From a virus (lineage: Duplodnaviria; Caudoviricetes), in IMG/VR virus record IMGVR_UViG_3300024346_000004: a stretch of DNA of 64,000 nucleotides. The stretch is one strand, 5' to 3'. Each line of letters starts with the position of its first letter. The first letter of the stretch is position 1. A model generated the notes under the pieces. That model had not been told where the DNA came from. It worked only from the letters and a program-made list of their open reading frames with translations, and did no database searches. Below are positions 47,492-57,800 of this stretch, piece after piece. Made by a program: the position numbers and the translations under genes.

Positions 47492-47863
47492 TTAATAAGC
47501 CACTTCTACATCTTCGTCAAAGTAATAATCGCAATGACAATAATCTGAAAAAATCATAAATACATTCATCATCAACGCATAGTCTTCTTTACTGTTACAA
47601 TAGATTGAATATGATTGTAGAACTTTATCATAGCTTACTAAAAAAAAGTTCTTGTCATTCAATGCTACAGTATAGTATGTATTTAGAGAAGCATCAATCT
47701 TAAATGCTTTGAATGTATTGATGCTTTTTTCCAATCTATTCCAATCAATATTCATTCTTATGTGAAAAGGGAATACTGCATGAGAGATACATTTTAAGTG
47801 AAATACCTCTTTTACAGAAATAGATGTCTTGTTAGGTAAATTAAATATTTGTGACAACTTCAT
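47492..47863 (-). CDS. hypothetical protein
   Basis: TGATATAAT upstream; first gene of the Fic/nuclease/MTase run. Confidence 0.6.
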   Translation of the reverse strand: MKLSQIFNLPNKTSISVKEVFHLKCISHAVFPFHIRMNIDWNRLEKSINTFKAFKIDASLNTYYTVALNDKNFFLVSYDKVLQSYSIYCNSKEDYALMMNVFMIFSDYCHCDYYFDEDVEVAY

Positions 47864-47895
47864 GATTAATGACCAATGTATTATATCATAAAAAA

Positions 47896-47923
47896 AAAGG
47901 GGTATATTTTTGTATACCCCTTT
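47896..47923. terminator. intrinsic terminator
   Basis: aaaggggtata...tataccccttt. Confidence 0.75.
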
Positions 47924-47930
47924 GAAAATT

Positions 47931-48566
47931 TTAGACTGTTTCTTCTAAATATTTTTCGTTATAGACAAAATGCTCATCAACTAGAGTGACTTTACCAGTT
48001 TTGATTAGGCGATTATTGATATTCTTCCAAAATTTAGCAATATATGCTGCGTTTTTATTGCCTGAAACTAATCTTTCCTCAGAAGGGATATCATTTAGCA
48101 TTTTATTATTGAATTCTTGCAATAGTTTATCTCTAGAAACCTTTTTCTTTGACTTAATATGATCAAGACTGAAATTCTCTATTCGATCAATTAAATCTCT
48201 CGACCACTTTTTGTTGACAAAGTTTTTGGACTTTGTATTACTATCTAGTTCAGATACTGAATCAAATACAGTTTCTTCTGATAAAACAATTTTATTATCT
48301 GTAAGATTGTCTTCTAATTCAGGTATATCTGAGTCAAGTGTATCTAAGACAAGTTGATGGTAAGTGGTAGTCGATTGAGTATTGATAGTCTCAAGAGCTG
48401 AAAAATCAGTTAGATTGTTCATAATATCTAATCTGGTTGTTAACAATAACGAGAAATCTGATGCTCCTTTAATCTTAGAAGCTGTATCGAAGATAGAAGA
48501 CGTTTCGTTATTACATACGTCTTTAATGTATTCTGATAGTAAAGTTTTTATTTGATGACTTAGCAT
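47931..48566 (-). CDS. hypothetical protein
   Basis: ORF track; SD AAGGA. Confidence 0.6.
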   Translation of the reverse strand: MLSHQIKTLLSEYIKDVCNNETSSIFDTASKIKGASDFSLLLTTRLDIMNNLTDFSALETINTQSTTTYHQLVLDTLDSDIPELEDNLTDNKIVLSEETVFDSVSELDSNTKSKNFVNKKWSRDLIDRIENFSLDHIKSKKKVSRDKLLQEFNNKMLNDIPSEERLVSGNKNAAYIAKFWKNINNRLIKTGKVTLVDEHFVYNEKYLEETV

Positions 48567-48689
48567 ATTTCATAATCCTTTTTTGTATTTGACATCTGAC
48601 CACATTGCATAATCTTTTGATGTATATAAAATACAATCCAATATATCCTTATCTATAGCATTTGTCAATTAGGATTTTTAAAAATTTAC

Positions 48690-48712
48690 AAAAAAATGAA
48701 CCTACAAGAAAT
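48690..48712 (+). repeat. 23-bp direct repeat, copy 1 (22/23 identical to 51227-51249)
   Basis: aaaaaaatgaaccTacaagaaat vs aaaaaaatgaaccGacaagaaat. Confidence 0.7.
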
Positions 48713-48879
48713 TTACATTAGGCATGCTCGTAAGAACTTAAAATCTTATATTGTTCCAGTGTCTTTAATCTGCAAAAAATTTGAAGTTAATCTTTATTTA
48801 ATAATACCATAAAAAAATAAATTGAAAAACACTTATAATAATATTGTCACATAAAGTTTTATAGCTTAAAGGAGCGCAT

Positions 48880-51222
48880 ATGTTTTTTAATAAGAAACTA
48901 CCTACTGATTTTGACCAGGTGCAAGAAAAAGGCAGAGAAATTAGTGAAATTTTTTTCAAGCCAACACAAGAATTACAACCAGATTTCAATTTGATTGATA
49001 AGGTAAACAAAAGCAAATTTGAAGATTTTCAAGCATCTTCATTAGCATCATTTTTTGAAAGACTTGAACTAATCCCTACTGTAGATCTTGGAGATGTAAA
49101 TTTAAAGATCAGAACTACAAATCCATCAGCTCCAATTGATGCTGATTTATGCCAAGTTTGGATGAGAAGAACATACACTAATCCAACAACAGGGCAAACA
49201 ACAGAACAATGGCTTAATTGGGTTCCTAATGACGATGTAGCTAAAAAATATTTTAAGTTTAGTTTGTTTTCTGGAGAAACTCAAACATTTAACTTTGACA
49301 TAAGTACATTTGATGTTGGAAAATATGATAGTTTTAGATTTATTTTCTTTACCAACCATTGGACAGTGCTTGCAGATCAAATGGCAGAAAATGTTTCATT
49401 TGAGATTACTACAAAACAAAAAAGAGTTAAGTCTCCATTTGTAGAAATTTTAGTTGATAAAATTCAAGATCCAGGTTCAGATGGCAAATTACATATTCCC
49501 TATGTAATCAAAATGCCACCTAAGACTTTTACTACTTGGGGTGGATGGTTCTTGTTAGGAAAAGGCGGATCACTGTTTCAGCAGCCTTGGATTGCTTATG
49601 CTAAAAAAAATGGTTCTGATGTTCTTCCTGATGGTGCAACAAAAGTAGCTGATGGCCCAGACCCATATTGGTATTCAGAGGGTGAACTAATATTTGATTA
49701 TCCAAGTGTAAGTGGTATCCACAATTTACAGTTTGGTTTATTTGATTACAATTGGAAACTTCAAAACTGGGTTTGGCCAGGTATTAATATTCAAGTAGGT
49801 GGAGATAGCTGGGTTACAAAATGTCCAGATTCAAAATTACCACCAAGATTAAGAGTTAGTAATGGTCAGTTAGTTAAGCTTGATGGTACACCTTATAATA
49901 TTTACGAAGGCACAACTGGAGCTAATGCAATCACAGCTATAAGAGGCGGTAATTACGGTAACCAATATTTATGGTCAGAGGCACCAGATTATAATAGAAC
50001 TGGATTCTTTAGCTCACTAAAATATCTTGGACATAAGTTCTTGAGATTTTTATTCAATCCAGACAAATATATTGCTGATAAAATTTACAGAAATAGAATT
50101 CAAGACACAATTGGTAAAATGCTTAGTGCTGGCTGCCATGTTATTGTTGGGCCTCAGCATATTCCAACTGGAAATGATTTACATGATAAATCAGAAGGCT
50201 TCTATAAACTCGTTGAATTAATGGCAAATAACTGGAAGGGTTTACCAGTCTGGGTTTGTCTTACAAATGAGCCTAACGATATTGGCGATTGGAGTTTATG
50301 CAAGCCTATTCTTCAGAAAGCAGCAACAATTTATAGGTCTATTGATCCTGACGCTTTTCTCATTTGCCCAACGTCTAAATGGTCAAAAGAAAATACTACC
50401 CCTGAAGCTAATGATTTAATTGATCCCCTATTAGTTGACGCATATGCTTACCATGCTTACAACGGTGCTACAGACGTTATTCCTAACCTTAAACCAATAT
50501 TAGATAAGGGTGTTGCAGTGATTGTTGAAGAATATGGCTGCGGAGATGTTGAATGGCAAAAAGGCATTAACATTGAGATGCAAAAGCTTTCAAAATTATA
50601 TCCAAACCTTATAGCATTTGCTACTTGGGCTTGGACAAGAGCTGGAGAAGATGCTTGTCCAATGGTTGAAGATGGGAATCTTGCTAATGTAAAATTAACT
50701 GCTACAGGCCAGATGCAAGCAAAGGATCTACAAACTTGGGACAGTGGTAATTTTATTAGTGAAGGAAGTGTTGTTCAGCCTACCCCTCAACCAAATCCAC
50801 TACCTACACCATCTCCTGAGCCATCTCCTACACCTCAACCTGTTGATTCAATTTCTAAAACAGAAGTTGATAGCCTATTAGATACAAAGCTTAATCAATC
50901 ATTAACTTTATTAAAAGAAGATTTGAAGATTTATATCAAAGACTCTATAGATGCTTATGATGTTCTTCAAGATGCAGAAACAAAGCAATATTTTGATACT
51001 GCTGTAAGCAATTTAGAGTTAGTAGATATTATTGAAATTGATGCAAAATATACAGACGTAAGTGAAGTATCAGCATTGTCAGGTAAAGAAATTGTTAAGT
51101 TTAGAGCGGAACTATACAACAAGGTTCTTAGTGATTATAAACTTATGCTAAAGGCCCCAACAGTAGCAAAATTATCTGCATATTTGGCCAAGTTTATTGA
51201 ACACATTAAACCACCTGTCTAA
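48880..51222 (+). CDS. multidomain glycoside hydrolase (GH5/clan GH-A-like) with Pro-rich linker and helical C-terminus
   Basis: LRV.NGQLV..DG, VCLTNEP (acid/base), AYAYHAY, VIVEEYG (nucleophile), WAW; PTPQPNPLPTPSPEPSPTPQP linker; SD AAGGAG. Confidence 0.75.
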   Translation: MFFNKKLPTDFDQVQEKGREISEIFFKPTQELQPDFNLIDKVNKSKFEDFQASSLASFFERLELIPTVDLGDVNLKIRTTNPSAPIDADLCQVWMRRTYTNPTTGQTTEQWLNWVPNDDVAKKYFKFSLFSGETQTFNFDISTFDVGKYDSFRFIFFTNHWTVLADQMAENVSFEITTKQKRVKSPFVEILVDKIQDPGSDGKLHIPYVIKMPPKTFTTWGGWFLLGKGGSLFQQPWIAYAKKNGSDVLPDGATKVADGPDPYWYSEGELIFDYPSVSGIHNLQFGLFDYNWKLQNWVWPGINIQVGGDSWVTKCPDSKLPPRLRVSNGQLVKLDGTPYNIYEGTTGANAITAIRGGNYGNQYLWSEAPDYNRTGFFSSLKYLGHKFLRFLFNPDKYIADKIYRNRIQDTIGKMLSAGCHVIVGPQHIPTGNDLHDKSEGFYKLVELMANNWKGLPVWVCLTNEPNDIGDWSLCKPILQKAATIYRSIDPDAFLICPTSKWSKENTTPEANDLIDPLLVDAYAYHAYNGATDVIPNLKPILDKGVAVIVEEYGCGDVEWQKGINIEMQKLSKLYPNLIAFATWAWTRAGEDACPMVEDGNLANVKLTATGQMQAKDLQTWDSGNFISEGSVVQPTPQPNPLPTPSPEPSPTPQPVDSISKTEVDSLLDTKLNQSLTLLKEDLKIYIKDSIDAYDVLQDAETKQYFDTAVSNLELVDIIEIDAKYTDVSEVSALSGKEIVKFRAELYNKVLSDYKLMLKAPTVAKLSAYLAKFIEHIKPPV

Positions 51223-51226
51223 ATGA

Positions 51227-51294
51227 AAAAAAATGAACCGACAAGAAATACTTGTCGGTTCATTAATTCAACTTGTAAGTAATCCTTACAAGTT
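51227..51294. terminator. tandem perfect hairpins (14 bp and 10 bp) between convergent genes; includes repeat copy 2
   Basis: aatgaaccgacaag-aaata-cttgtcggttcatt (51232-51264); aacttgtaag-taatc-cttacaagtt (51270-51294). Confidence 0.75.
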
Positions 51295-51299
51295 CAAAA

Positions 51300-53993
51300 C
51301 TAAAACAATTTCACATTAGGGAAACTTGTCAATACTTCAAATCCCATATTGTCCCAGTGTCTTTCATCTGCAAAAGGTCTAAAGTTAATCCAATATGAGT
51401 TATCTGGTTGCCAAGTTCTTTGTTCACCAATTTCATTATAAGTGTGATAGATCAAGTGAGTATAGTTGACATTGATTTCTTCAAATGGGAAATCAACAGG
51501 TAATGGAGAATCAGCAACTAAATATCCATCTTCTGTAACTACAACTCTGTTCTTTGAAACATATAAATCAAACTTGACTCTTCTATCTAATCCCTGCCAA
51601 GTTCTATTTAAAGGATAATCTCTTCTTTCAACACTTGGTCTAAAGAAAATTTCACCTTCATATTTACCTGAAACAGCATTCATAGTAGATCTATAAATAA
51701 TTGCTCCTGAACGATTAGTGGAATAAACATCCATTAATTTATTTAACGATGCTTTTGATGTTTCTTTAATCCACCAGTTATTAGGATTAAAATCAATGTC
51801 ATCAATCATCTTAAATGTTTCAGGTGTCCATTCATATTCAGCAGCGCCACCAAATTCAGCAAATCTAATCCAGCCAGATTTTGGAGAATAATTTGACTCT
51901 AAATTGAAAGATGGAAACTTATTACCATCAAAAAACTTAGATGATAGCTTGACATTAACATCATTACCATTTTGAACTACAGAGTTAGCTACAAATGTAC
52001 CTACCCTGTATTCAGTGAGATTATTGATGCTTCTATAAGGGGCTGGGTAAGAATAAATACTATGTCTATCAGCAAACTTCACTGGCACTGAATAAGATTT
52101 TCTTGAACCATCAGGATTATAACCAGTGTCAATGTTGATATTATGATGACCAGCACCAATCGCCCATCTAAATAACTTACCAGACTTTGTGTTCATAGCA
52201 ATTTTATCTGCTGCTTTACCTGAATAAACAGTTTCTCCAGCGGGTAATAAAAGTACATCACACCATCTTCTTCCAGAGAAATGCGGGTCAACTTCAAATG
52301 TAACGTGAAGAACTTTACCTCCACTTATATTTGCAGTTTTCTTAGGACTCATTAACATAACACCATTACTTAAGTGAGCCCAACCAGGAACAGGAAGTGA
52401 AGCACCATCATAAATAGTGTCCATAAAGTGAGAACCCATTAAGAACACAGTAGAATGGTTTGTATCTAAATCATCTAAAAAGAAATTCCATTTGTCATTC
52501 TCAAACCATTTTAAAAATAAATGAGCTTCGTTTTTATATTGATTGTTTGGACCAAATCTAAAATCAAATATATCTTGTTTTGTTGGCAATTGAACTATAG
52601 GCTGAAAATTTCTAAAGTTGTCAAAGAAAACTTGCTCTCCAGTTAGAACTCTTTGAAATGTAGTAACCTTATATGGATTAGATTTTGCAACAACATTAGG
52701 TTCATTAGAAGGATCTCCATGACCATTTACTGCTGCATGAATTTCTCCATTTGGCCCACTAGCCCCCGGCCCAATAATTCCATCAATTTTCTGATAAGGA
52801 CCCATTTTATCAAGTGCTTCAACAATAATATTATATGATTGATTGCTTGTTAAACCATTCATTTCAATCATATTAAATCCAGAAGAATATTTGACAGTAT
52901 TTGAATTACCCTCAACATAAGCTCTGTAATCAATAGCACCCGGAACATAATCAAACTTTACAACTACACTGTCGTCATTAGGTTCGTTCCCAGTAATATT
53001 AATAGGAGTAGGAGATAAATCTTTAGGACCAAATGCTGTATTAATTTCAACAATTGGACCTAATGTTTCTTGAACTTTAAATTGATCCCTATTAACTGAA
53101 CCAATTTGATATTTGTATGTCTTACCTGAAACAACATTTGTATCAATATAATATTGAGACCATAATCCAGAACAAACTATGACTCCATCTCTATAGACAT
53201 TGTAAGCATTTGGAGCATCTTGACCCCAAACTTGTTGATCTTGCCATTTGATGAAGTTTCTAGGTCTGCCTCTATTCCATTCAGGACTTACAACATATTT
53301 TCCAGGAGTTGACGGAGGATTTGTTCTCCAGCCAAAGTTGTAATTTGGTGCCCAACTTCCTCTTGCCATACCTAAATTTGATGGTAATGATTCTAATCCA
53401 TATTTATCAACTGCTGTAACTGTATATGTCCAGTGATCTTGATAAATTAATTTACTTACAGTGAATGAGTTGGTCTTTGATGAACCAATTTTATTATCGT
53501 ACCTGTAAATATTATAATAGGTAGCTTCGGGACTTGGTTCCCATTGCAGGATATCAAAAGGGCCATTATCCCAGAAACCAAATGTTCTTAAATTTGTAGG
53601 CGCTTCTGGATTCTTGAGAACTAATAACGGAATAGTAACAGTAGATTTCTCAGACATTTTAAGATATCCGCTTGGTACTAATCCTGCAACATAATAATCC
53701 CATTTTTGCTGATATTTGACGTTTCTATCAATGGTCATATTTTCGTTATTAGTCAATTTTGCAAAAGGTTTATTATAATCAGGCTTAATTCCTTGTTGAA
53801 CTCTGTATATATTATATCGAGTACATTTGGGTATTAAATCCCATTTGAGCTTTACATGATAATTTGACGGAGTGCCTACACAATAACACAATTCCACCTG
53901 CGTTGAGAAATTCTTCACTTGTGGTAGTTTTTGAGCATTTACTCCAGATATTATAATGTACAAGAGACACCATAAAACAATAGCTTTCTTCAT
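51300..53993 (-). CDS. secreted fibronectin type III repeat protein
   Basis: Sec signal peptide; repeated L.W......YN[IV]YR...Y.V.AV...G.ES FN3 units; SD GGAGG. Confidence 0.75.
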   Translation of the reverse strand: MKKAIVLWCLLYIIISGVNAQKLPQVKNFSTQVELCYCVGTPSNYHVKLKWDLIPKCTRYNIYRVQQGIKPDYNKPFAKLTNNENMTIDRNVKYQQKWDYYVAGLVPSGYLKMSEKSTVTIPLLVLKNPEAPTNLRTFGFWDNGPFDILQWEPSPEATYYNIYRYDNKIGSSKTNSFTVSKLIYQDHWTYTVTAVDKYGLESLPSNLGMARGSWAPNYNFGWRTNPPSTPGKYVVSPEWNRGRPRNFIKWQDQQVWGQDAPNAYNVYRDGVIVCSGLWSQYYIDTNVVSGKTYKYQIGSVNRDQFKVQETLGPIVEINTAFGPKDLSPTPINITGNEPNDDSVVVKFDYVPGAIDYRAYVEGNSNTVKYSSGFNMIEMNGLTSNQSYNIIVEALDKMGPYQKIDGIIGPGASGPNGEIHAAVNGHGDPSNEPNVVAKSNPYKVTTFQRVLTGEQVFFDNFRNFQPIVQLPTKQDIFDFRFGPNNQYKNEAHLFLKWFENDKWNFFLDDLDTNHSTVFLMGSHFMDTIYDGASLPVPGWAHLSNGVMLMSPKKTANISGGKVLHVTFEVDPHFSGRRWCDVLLLPAGETVYSGKAADKIAMNTKSGKLFRWAIGAGHHNINIDTGYNPDGSRKSYSVPVKFADRHSIYSYPAPYRSINNLTEYRVGTFVANSVVQNGNDVNVKLSSKFFDGNKFPSFNLESNYSPKSGWIRFAEFGGAAEYEWTPETFKMIDDIDFNPNNWWIKETSKASLNKLMDVYSTNRSGAIIYRSTMNAVSGKYEGEIFFRPSVERRDYPLNRTWQGLDRRVKFDLYVSKNRVVVTEDGYLVADSPLPVDFPFEEINVNYTHLIYHTYNEIGEQRTWQPDNSYWINFRPFADERHWDNMGFEVLTSFPNVKLF

Positions 53994-54074
53994 AACATAC
54001 CTCCCCAGGTTTATTTTTAAGTTGAGAGCTATTGTTTTATTCTTGTTTCACAGGTATACTTCTTTTAGAGGTAC

Positions 54075-54446
54075 GTGATAATGCGATATGATAAGAATCA
54101 ATTTCTTTGGAATTTTCTTTATGTTTGTATGACTAAAAATATTACTTTTAGTGATCAAGATTTTTATAATTTTTCCAAAGCATGCAATATTAAAGTTGAT
54201 ATGAATTATGCTATGGAAAACTTTTTTGATAATGGTGTATCAAAAACAGTAGTTGGGTCTACCTCAACTTTTGTAGCTAGTAAGTCTTTGCTGGGTCCTT
54301 GTTATATCCATCCCCAAGGAACAAATCCCAAAAATATTAAATATAATATTTCAAAGATTATTCACGAACTAAAGCTGTCTCAACAAAAACTAACTACAGA
54401 TGAAAAACTAAAGAAAATTACAGATTACATTGATCTGTTAGGATAA
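54075..54446 (+). CDS. hypothetical protein
   Basis: SD GAGG; terminator downstream. Confidence 0.6.
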   Translation: MIMRYDKNQFLWNFLYVCMTKNITFSDQDFYNFSKACNIKVDMNYAMENFFDNGVSKTVVGSTSTFVASKSLLGPCYIHPQGTNPKNIKYNISKIIHELKLSQQKLTTDEKLKKITDYIDLLG

Positions 54447-54448
54447 AC

Positions 54449-54475
54449 AAAAACCCTCCATAAAGGAGGGTTTTT
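54449..54475. terminator. bidirectional intrinsic terminator
   Basis: aaaaaccctcc-ataaa-ggagggttttt. Confidence 0.85.
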
Positions 54476-54709
54476 TTATAACTTGTCTAATCCTAGATCA
54501 TCATAAACTTCCCAAATTGGCCCAGCATTGTCTAATACTGTTTGATGCAATATAAAATAATCTTCCCAAGAATTAAAAAACACATTTCCCATGCTGTCTA
54601 TAATTTTTTCTTCATTCCGATATATATAATAGTCTTCAGGCCATCTTCTAGATCTAATTTTTAATCCTAAATCTATCATTGGACGAGACATTTGACTAAA
54701 TAATTTCAT
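54476..54709 (-). CDS. divergent DUF2829/Tad2-like small protein
   Basis: From ATG 54709 (SD GGAGA): F......G.KIR...W...YI...WEVY. Confidence 0.45.
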   Translation of the reverse strand: MKLFSQMSRPMIDLGLKIRSRRWPEDYYIYRNEEKIIDSMGNVFFNSWEDYFILHQTVLDNAGPIWEVYDDLGLDKL

Positions 54710-54802
54710 ATTATCTCCCACCAGTACATTATATCTTCTAAAGGTTATATCTTGTATAATTGACAAATAATATCTATAATATTATTGCTTTTAGGTAACT
54801 TT

Positions 54803-57800
54803 ATGTCTCAAATCAAATTCGTCAACACATCTTCAATTGTAAGTATCAAAATAGCAAATATGTATGATTCTATTGGTGATTATTCTTACTCAGATAAATT
54901 TGACAGATATGCGAATTTAATGCTCAAAATCGCACAACAAGAACAAAATGAAGAGACTGAAGATATTATTGAAGAAACACCTGAAAATGAACATGCGCAA
55001 TATATTGTAGACCATCCTTTAGCTGATGAACAATCCTCTAAATTAAAATCTCAAATTAGTGAACAAGATCATGATTTATTTGATGAATTTTATAATGCTT
55101 GGAGCTCAGGAAATACCATCAATGAATCTATCAAACAGCTATATGATCGAGTAAATAAACCGGAAAATAAGAGCCTTGGAAATTATTTAAGGGTTATAGT
55201 TGAAAATGTTATTCAAGCATTCTATAAAATTCCAGACTCATCATTGTATGAATTTACTGATCAATTTCTAAAAGGTAATCTTAAATTTGCTGAAGATGAG
55301 CTTTTATTATCTTTAAGATATTCAAAGCCAGAACAAATTATAAGATTTGACAAACAATATAAAATTGATTCAGCTGTTAAATATTTACCTGATGGTCATG
55401 CTAAAAAACTATTTTCAGAATATTTATATTATCATTCTAATCCAGAAAATTTAGGTCAAATATTTAATGATCTTATGAATCTTTATGATTTAGCTGATTA
55501 TTTTGAAAATTCATCGGAACTTCAAGCTTACTTAAATGATGCGTCTGCATTTGATTCTAAAATTCCTGAAATGAATAAAGAGGAAATTGTAAATTTCAAA
55601 AAAGCTGGATTATCTTTTTTACCTGGAAAAAATAACTACCAAGAACAACTTAACATCCGATGCCAAGATAATAAGATATATTATTTTATAAAAAATATTA
55701 TTTTTTTTAGAGGCATACAAGAACCTGTTCAAATCAGCAACAATGTGTTAGAACGATTGACTGCGCATTATTCTCCTGAACAAGTCAGAGTAATTTTTGA
55801 TAATATTAAAAGTCTAATGAGAGATTCTGATGCAGAACATATCATCAGAATAAATACAATACTTCCATTTGATCAAGCTATCGCTAAGTATAAAGAATTA
55901 CAACATGATGGAACTGAACTAAACCTATATTACAAACAAGTTCTGGGCAAAGATTATGAATTATTTAATTTAGAGCCTGATCAAGTAAACCAGACCCTAT
56001 ATTTAGTTTTGATAGAAGCTGACAAAGAAAAAGCAGAAATATACATAGGATCATTATCTGATCTTTTAAATAATTATGTTAGAAGTGCTATCACAAAATC
56101 TAATGCTAAATATTTCTTGGATTATATTACACAATTTGACAGAGACTATGTTCAACAATATTTAAAAACTTATTATCTTTCTACTTACATCAAATTTCGC
56201 CCTGACAGATTACAAGAAATTCATCCTATTGAGATTCTGAAGCATAATAATCCTGACATTGTTTTAGCCTATCATAAATCTAATCCAGAATTTTCAAGCT
56301 TAAGTGTAGATGATATTGAAAAGTATTCAGAATTTTATAAAAATAATTCAAATGCTGTAGATATTCCATATAAAGATTTAGAACCTCATATTGCAAATAA
56401 GAATGTTCAAAATTATATTTTGTTTGGTTCTACTGACCCTAATAAAGCTAAAATAGCTGACAAGATTTATAAAGCTAACAGTTATAGATCAAGAGAAATC
56501 GCAGCTCGTTTTAAAGACAGTGATATTATCGATATATCTAAGATAGGTTTACTAAATATAAGTAATCCAAGATTTGCACATTTATCATTAACTGAATTAA
56601 ATTTACTTTCTGATAAAGTAAACCATTTTGAGACATTAGAAAGAATTAAATTAGTTAAAGATAGTTTCAAGAATCCTAGAAATACAGCATATCATAACTT
56701 TGAAGAAGGAAGTGCTGATTACAATAAGCTCTTATATATTTTATTTCATAATTATGATCTAAGAGGGCGAAATCCTCAATTGCTTATCAAACTTTTAGAT
56801 CTTCATGCAAAAGATGAAATGATAACAGAATTAGGACTAGATGATGTTAATCATATGATCCGTAATAGGGTTGCTTGTGATTTACCAAATATTAATGTTT
56901 CAGATGCAAAAATACATGTAAGAAATAGAAAAACTATTATACATGATATAGAAGTTAAAGTATACAATAAATACCATACAGCAATTAAAGCACAAAACAC
57001 TGAGATCGCTAAATATCCTATAAATCAAATATTAGATTTCGTAACAAAATATGATAATGCTTTAAATACAGATGAAGATGCTGAAAGTTATTTACCTAAA
57101 GGTGTAACAGCTAATCAAGCTGGTGATGCATTGCAAGCTATAAATGATGGGCATGGTTTATTAATTTATTTAAATAGAGAATCAATGATAAAATTTTATA
57201 AATTAATAATGGATAAAATTATTGGGATTAATCCTGATTATTCTGACTCTACTACTAAACTTATGCCTATATATGCAGCAACAGCTGCTACTGCAGATAT
57301 AAATTATTATTTACCTGATGTCATAACAGAAGATTTTATAAAAGAAATTACAAGTACTCAAATTCCCAATAAATTAAATATAGACTTTTCAAAAGCTGAA
57401 GTAAGGTTAAATTCAAATACACAACTAGAATATGTAAATGAATCTATGGCACTTCTCAGATTATTTAATAAATCATTACCTAATTTTCTTGATAAATTTA
57501 TTATCGCATCAGGAAAAGATTACGGTAAGATATTTAAATTTTCGGAAATGGATGATTATGTTCAAAGTATTGTAATACATTCTGCTGCGCAAAAGTTTGA
57601 CAAAATTGATCCTGGTCCGGGTTTATCTGATTATATCATTCAGCAAATGAATAATAAAAATTTATTTCAACTTGCTAAAGTAGCGAGAATGTGGAATAAA
57701 GAAATAAATATTGCTGATGAAAAAATGAGTATAGCCTCCAAATCTCTCGTGTCTGAATTATCTAAAATGTATGATGTAAGTGAACTCTCTGATTTAATTA

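Noticed and set aside
48696-48812. 38-aa ORF (MNLQEIYIRHARK...) starting in the repeat copy
   Set aside because: Short, no SD, no recognisable motif, in an AT-rich intergenic region; cannot be supported.
48567-48879. Possible replication origin in the AT-rich divergent gap
   Set aside because: No iterons or DnaA-box cluster seen; explained by divergent promoters.
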